Positions 60,620 to 64,000 of a DNA stretch of 64,000 nt are shown here, piece after piece (position 1 is the first letter of the stretch; every line of letters starts with the position of its first letter). Position numbers and translations under genes: made by a program. Origin of the DNA: Mobula hypostoma. Lineage: Eukaryota. The stretch is from contig NC_086108.1 of NCBI RefSeq assembly GCF_963921235.1, forward strand, positions 61,072,001 to 61,136,000, given 5' to 3'. The notes below the pieces were generated by a model that worked only from the letters and a program-made list of their open reading frames with translations, had not been told where the DNA came from and did no database searches.

Positions 60620-63050
60620 ATTGAGTTCCTTTAGCATCAGAGGATACCTATTGTACGAAAAGGACAGGCAGGTAGGCAGCTAGTATGGGATGGCTATGTT
60701 GGTAAAAAAAATGAAATAAAATCCTTACAAAGAGGTGACATATGATCTGAAAATATATAATCATTGTGGGTTGAGTTAAGAAAATGCAAGGGTAAAAAGA
60801 CCCTGATTGGAGTTATATACATGCCTCTGAATAGTAGCCAAGGTGTGGGATACAAATTACAATGATTGATTAAAAAAAAGCCGTGTAAAAGGGGCAATGT
60901 TACTATAGTCACAGGGGATTTCAATATGCAGGTAGATTGGCAAGTCAGGTTGGAGTGGATCCTGAGAAAGAGAATTTGTAGAGCCCATGAGGGGAAAAAC
61001 AGTTCTGGATTGAGTGTTGTGCAATGAACCAGGTTTGATTAGGGAGCCTAAAGTAAAGGAACCCTGAGGGACCAGTGATCATAATAAGATAGAATGCACC
61101 CTGCAATATGAATGAGAGAAGATAATGCTAGATGTATCACTATCACAGTGGAGTAAAGAGATTGCACGAGAGGAGCTGGTCAAAGTTAATTGGAAGGGGA
61201 CACTAGCAGGGATATCAGTGGAACAACAATGGCTGGAATTTCTGGGGACAATTCAGTATGCGCAGCATTGTTGCAACCCAAAAATGAATATGTATTCCAA
61301 AGGGATGATGAGACAATTGTGCCTGACAGGTGAAGTCAAAAATAGCATAAAAGCAAAGGAGAGGGCATATAATAGAGTAAAAATTAAAGGGAAGGTATAG
61401 GATTGTGAATCTTTTAAAAAACACAAAGCAACTAAAAAATCCATATATTGGACCACTGGAAAATAATGCCAGAGAGGTAATAATTGGGGACAAAGAAATG
61501 GTGGGCAAACTTAAAAAATATTTTGTGTCAGTCTTCACTGTGGAAGACACTAGCAGTATGCCAGAAATTCACAAGTATCAGGGGGAACAAGTGAGATTAG
61601 GTGCTATTATTGAGGAGAAGGTGCTTGGGAAGCTGAGAGGTCTGAAGTTAGATAAGTTACCTGGACCAGATAGACCACACCCCAAGATGCTGAAATAGGT
61701 AGCTGCAGAGATTGTGGAGGCATCTTTCAAAAATCACTAGATTCTGGGATGGTTCCGGGTACTGGAAAATTGCGAATGTCAGTCCATTCTTTAAGAAGGG
61801 AGGGAGGCAGAAGAAACAAAATTATAGGCCAGTTAGCCTTACTTCAGTGGTTGGCAAGATATTGGAGTCTGTTATTAAGGATGAAGTTTTGGGGTATTTG
61901 GAGGCACATGGCAAAATAGTCCAAAAACTTCATGGTTTCTTTGAGGGGAAATCTTGCCCAGCAGATCCACTGGAATTCTTTGAGGAAACAACAAACAGAA
62001 TAGACAAAAGAGAGTCAGTGGATCTTGTTTATGTGGATTTTCAGAGGGCCTTTGACTTGAGGCTGCTAAACAAGATAAGAGCCTGTGGTATTACAAGAAA
62101 GGTACTAGGATGGGTAGAAGATTGGCTGACTGGCAGGAGGCAAGGAATGGGAATGAAGTGGGATTTTTCTGGCTGGCTGCCAGTGTCTAGTGGTGTTGCT
62201 CAGGAGTCGGTGTTGGGACCACTTCTTTTCATGTCATATGTCAATAATTTGGATGACAGAATTGATGACTTTGTGCCCAGCCAGGTTTGCAGATGATGTG
62301 AACGTAGGTAGTGCTGAGGAAGCAGATACGAGCGTATTTTGCAGCCAGATTGGGAGAATGAACAAAGAAGTAGCAGCTGGAATATAGAGCAAGGAAGTGC
62401 ATGGTGATGCACTTCGGTAAAAAGAATAAAGGTGCAGACTCTTTTCTAAATAAGGGGAAAATTCAGAAGACAGGTGCAACGGGACTTGCAAGTACTCCTA
62501 TAGGATTCCCTAAAGGTTAACTTGTAGGTCAAGATGGTGGTAATGAAGGCAAATGCAATGTTAGCATTAATTTTTAGAGGACTAGAATATAAAAGCAAGG
62601 ATGTAATGCTGAGGCTTTATAAGACATGGGGCACACCATATTTGGAGAATTGTGAGCAGTTTTGGGCCTCTTAGTTAAGAATAGATGTGCTGGCATTGGA
62701 GAGGGTCCAAAGGAGGTTCACGAGAATGATCCTGAGAATGAGAGGGTTAACATATGGGGAGCATTTGTTGGCTGTGGTTTTATGTGCTCAAGTTTACAAG
62801 AATGAGAAGGACGTCATTGAAACCTATTGAATATTGAAAGGCTCAGATAAAGTGGATGTGGAGGGGATGTTTTCTATAGTGGGAGAGTCTAGGTCCAGAG
62901 GGCACAGCCTCAGAATAGGGAACCTCCGTTTAGAACAGAGATGAGGAGGAATTTCTTTAGTCAGAAGGTAGTGAATCTGTGAAATTCATTGCCACAGATG
63001 GCAGTGGAGTCAAAGTCATCGGGTATATTTAATGCAAAGATTGGTAGGTT
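60620..63050 (+). mobile_element. Long decayed CR1 LINE (same family as 42690-47585)
   Basis: WKIANVSPFFKKGGRQKKQNYRPVSLTSVVGKIL, VYVDFQRAFD, SGVAQESVLGPLLF, FADD. Confidence 0.85.
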
Positions 63051-63285
63051 TATTTATTTATTTATTGAAATACTGCGCGGAATTGCCCTTTCGAGCCGCG
63101 TCACCCAGCAACACCCAGTTTAACCCTAGCCTAATCAGGGGACAATTTACATTTAACCTGCTACTCGCTACGCCTTCGGACTGTGGGAGGAAAGTACAGC
63201 ACCCAGAGAACACCTACGCATTAAACGTGGACGACGTTCAGACTCCTTACAGATAATGTCAAAACAGAACTCCGGACTCTAACAC
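63050..63285 (-). mobile_element. SINE inserted in the CR1 3' region
   Basis: (ttta)n tail on +; same core as the split SINE at 22076/27476. Confidence 0.7.
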
Positions 63286-63396
63286 GGTTGTGCATTTAAT
63301 TCTTTTATTATACTTGAATAATCTTGTATATATCTTGTTTGATTAAGCAATCCTATTCCTTTAAATAATTAGTTAGGGGTTATATGTAAAAAAATA

Positions 63397-63680
63397 ACAC
63401 ACACAAAACACTGGAGGAACTCAGCAAGCCAGGCAGCATCTGTGGAAGGAGTAAACAATTGATGTTTCAGACGTAGACTCTTAAAGGAGAGAAGAAGTCA
63501 GAGTAAGAAGGTAGGGGTAGTGGAGAAAGAAGTACAAGGTGGTAGGTGATAGGTGAAACTGGGAGAGGGGGAGGTGGTGAAATAAAGAGCTGGGAAGTTA
63601 AATGGAGAAAGAGATAAAAGGCTGGAGAAAGGGGAATCTGATAGGAGAGGACAGAAGACTATGAAGAAAGGGAAGGGATA
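63397..63680 (-). mobile_element. Penelope-like terminal repeat
   Basis: Reverse complement of the 48000-48335 region (ctggaggaactcagcaagccaggcagcatc plus a purine-rich tract). Confidence 0.7.
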
Positions 63681-64000
63681 GTTGGAGTCAGCATAACATC
63701 ACAGTTAAAATATGAAAAAGTATAAAGAACATATCAAACAACAAAGGGTTAAACAGGTGGTAATGGTTTTAAAAATACCCAGAGGATGAAGGAAACAATA
63801 TGTGAACAGTACTGAACGATAAATTCCCAAAAGTAAATGGGAATCATATACTCCCAAGGATATTCATTAAAGTGGCTAATTAGAATCTGGCAGGGATTTT
63901 CAGAAATCATTAGAAATAGACCAAAAATTTAGGGAAAATTGAATTCAAAAGGTGCTATTAAAGGCTGCAGATGAACAAGCCTAGAATTTAAATAAGGTTA

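Overview
Eukaryotic (vertebrate) genomic DNA. The CR1/Rex1/Penelope-dominated repeat content suggests a cartilaginous fish, possibly a ray; this is inference only. The window holds the 3' halves of two terminal complement (MACPF) genes arranged tail-to-tail. C8A is on + with 4 exons found (286-14369), and C8B is on - with 6 exons found (59532-30105). All exons have canonical AG/GT boundaries and compatible phases. The rest is mostly layered transposable elements: many decayed CR1 and Rex1-like LINEs, SINEs and Penelope fragments; nested hAT elements; a solo LTR; a mariner foldback MITE; an internally deleted AcademX-type DNA transposon in a five-level nest; a young 5'-truncated L1 with an intact 1258-aa ORF2 and 12-bp TSD; a Sleeping Beauty-like Tc1 with two 'right' ends; and an RT-less sushi-type Gypsy element with both LTRs. 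No prokaryotic systems were seen. Repeat boundaries without a stated TSD or TIR are approximate, and comparisons to human C8 and Sleeping Beauty sequences are from recall, not from alignments.
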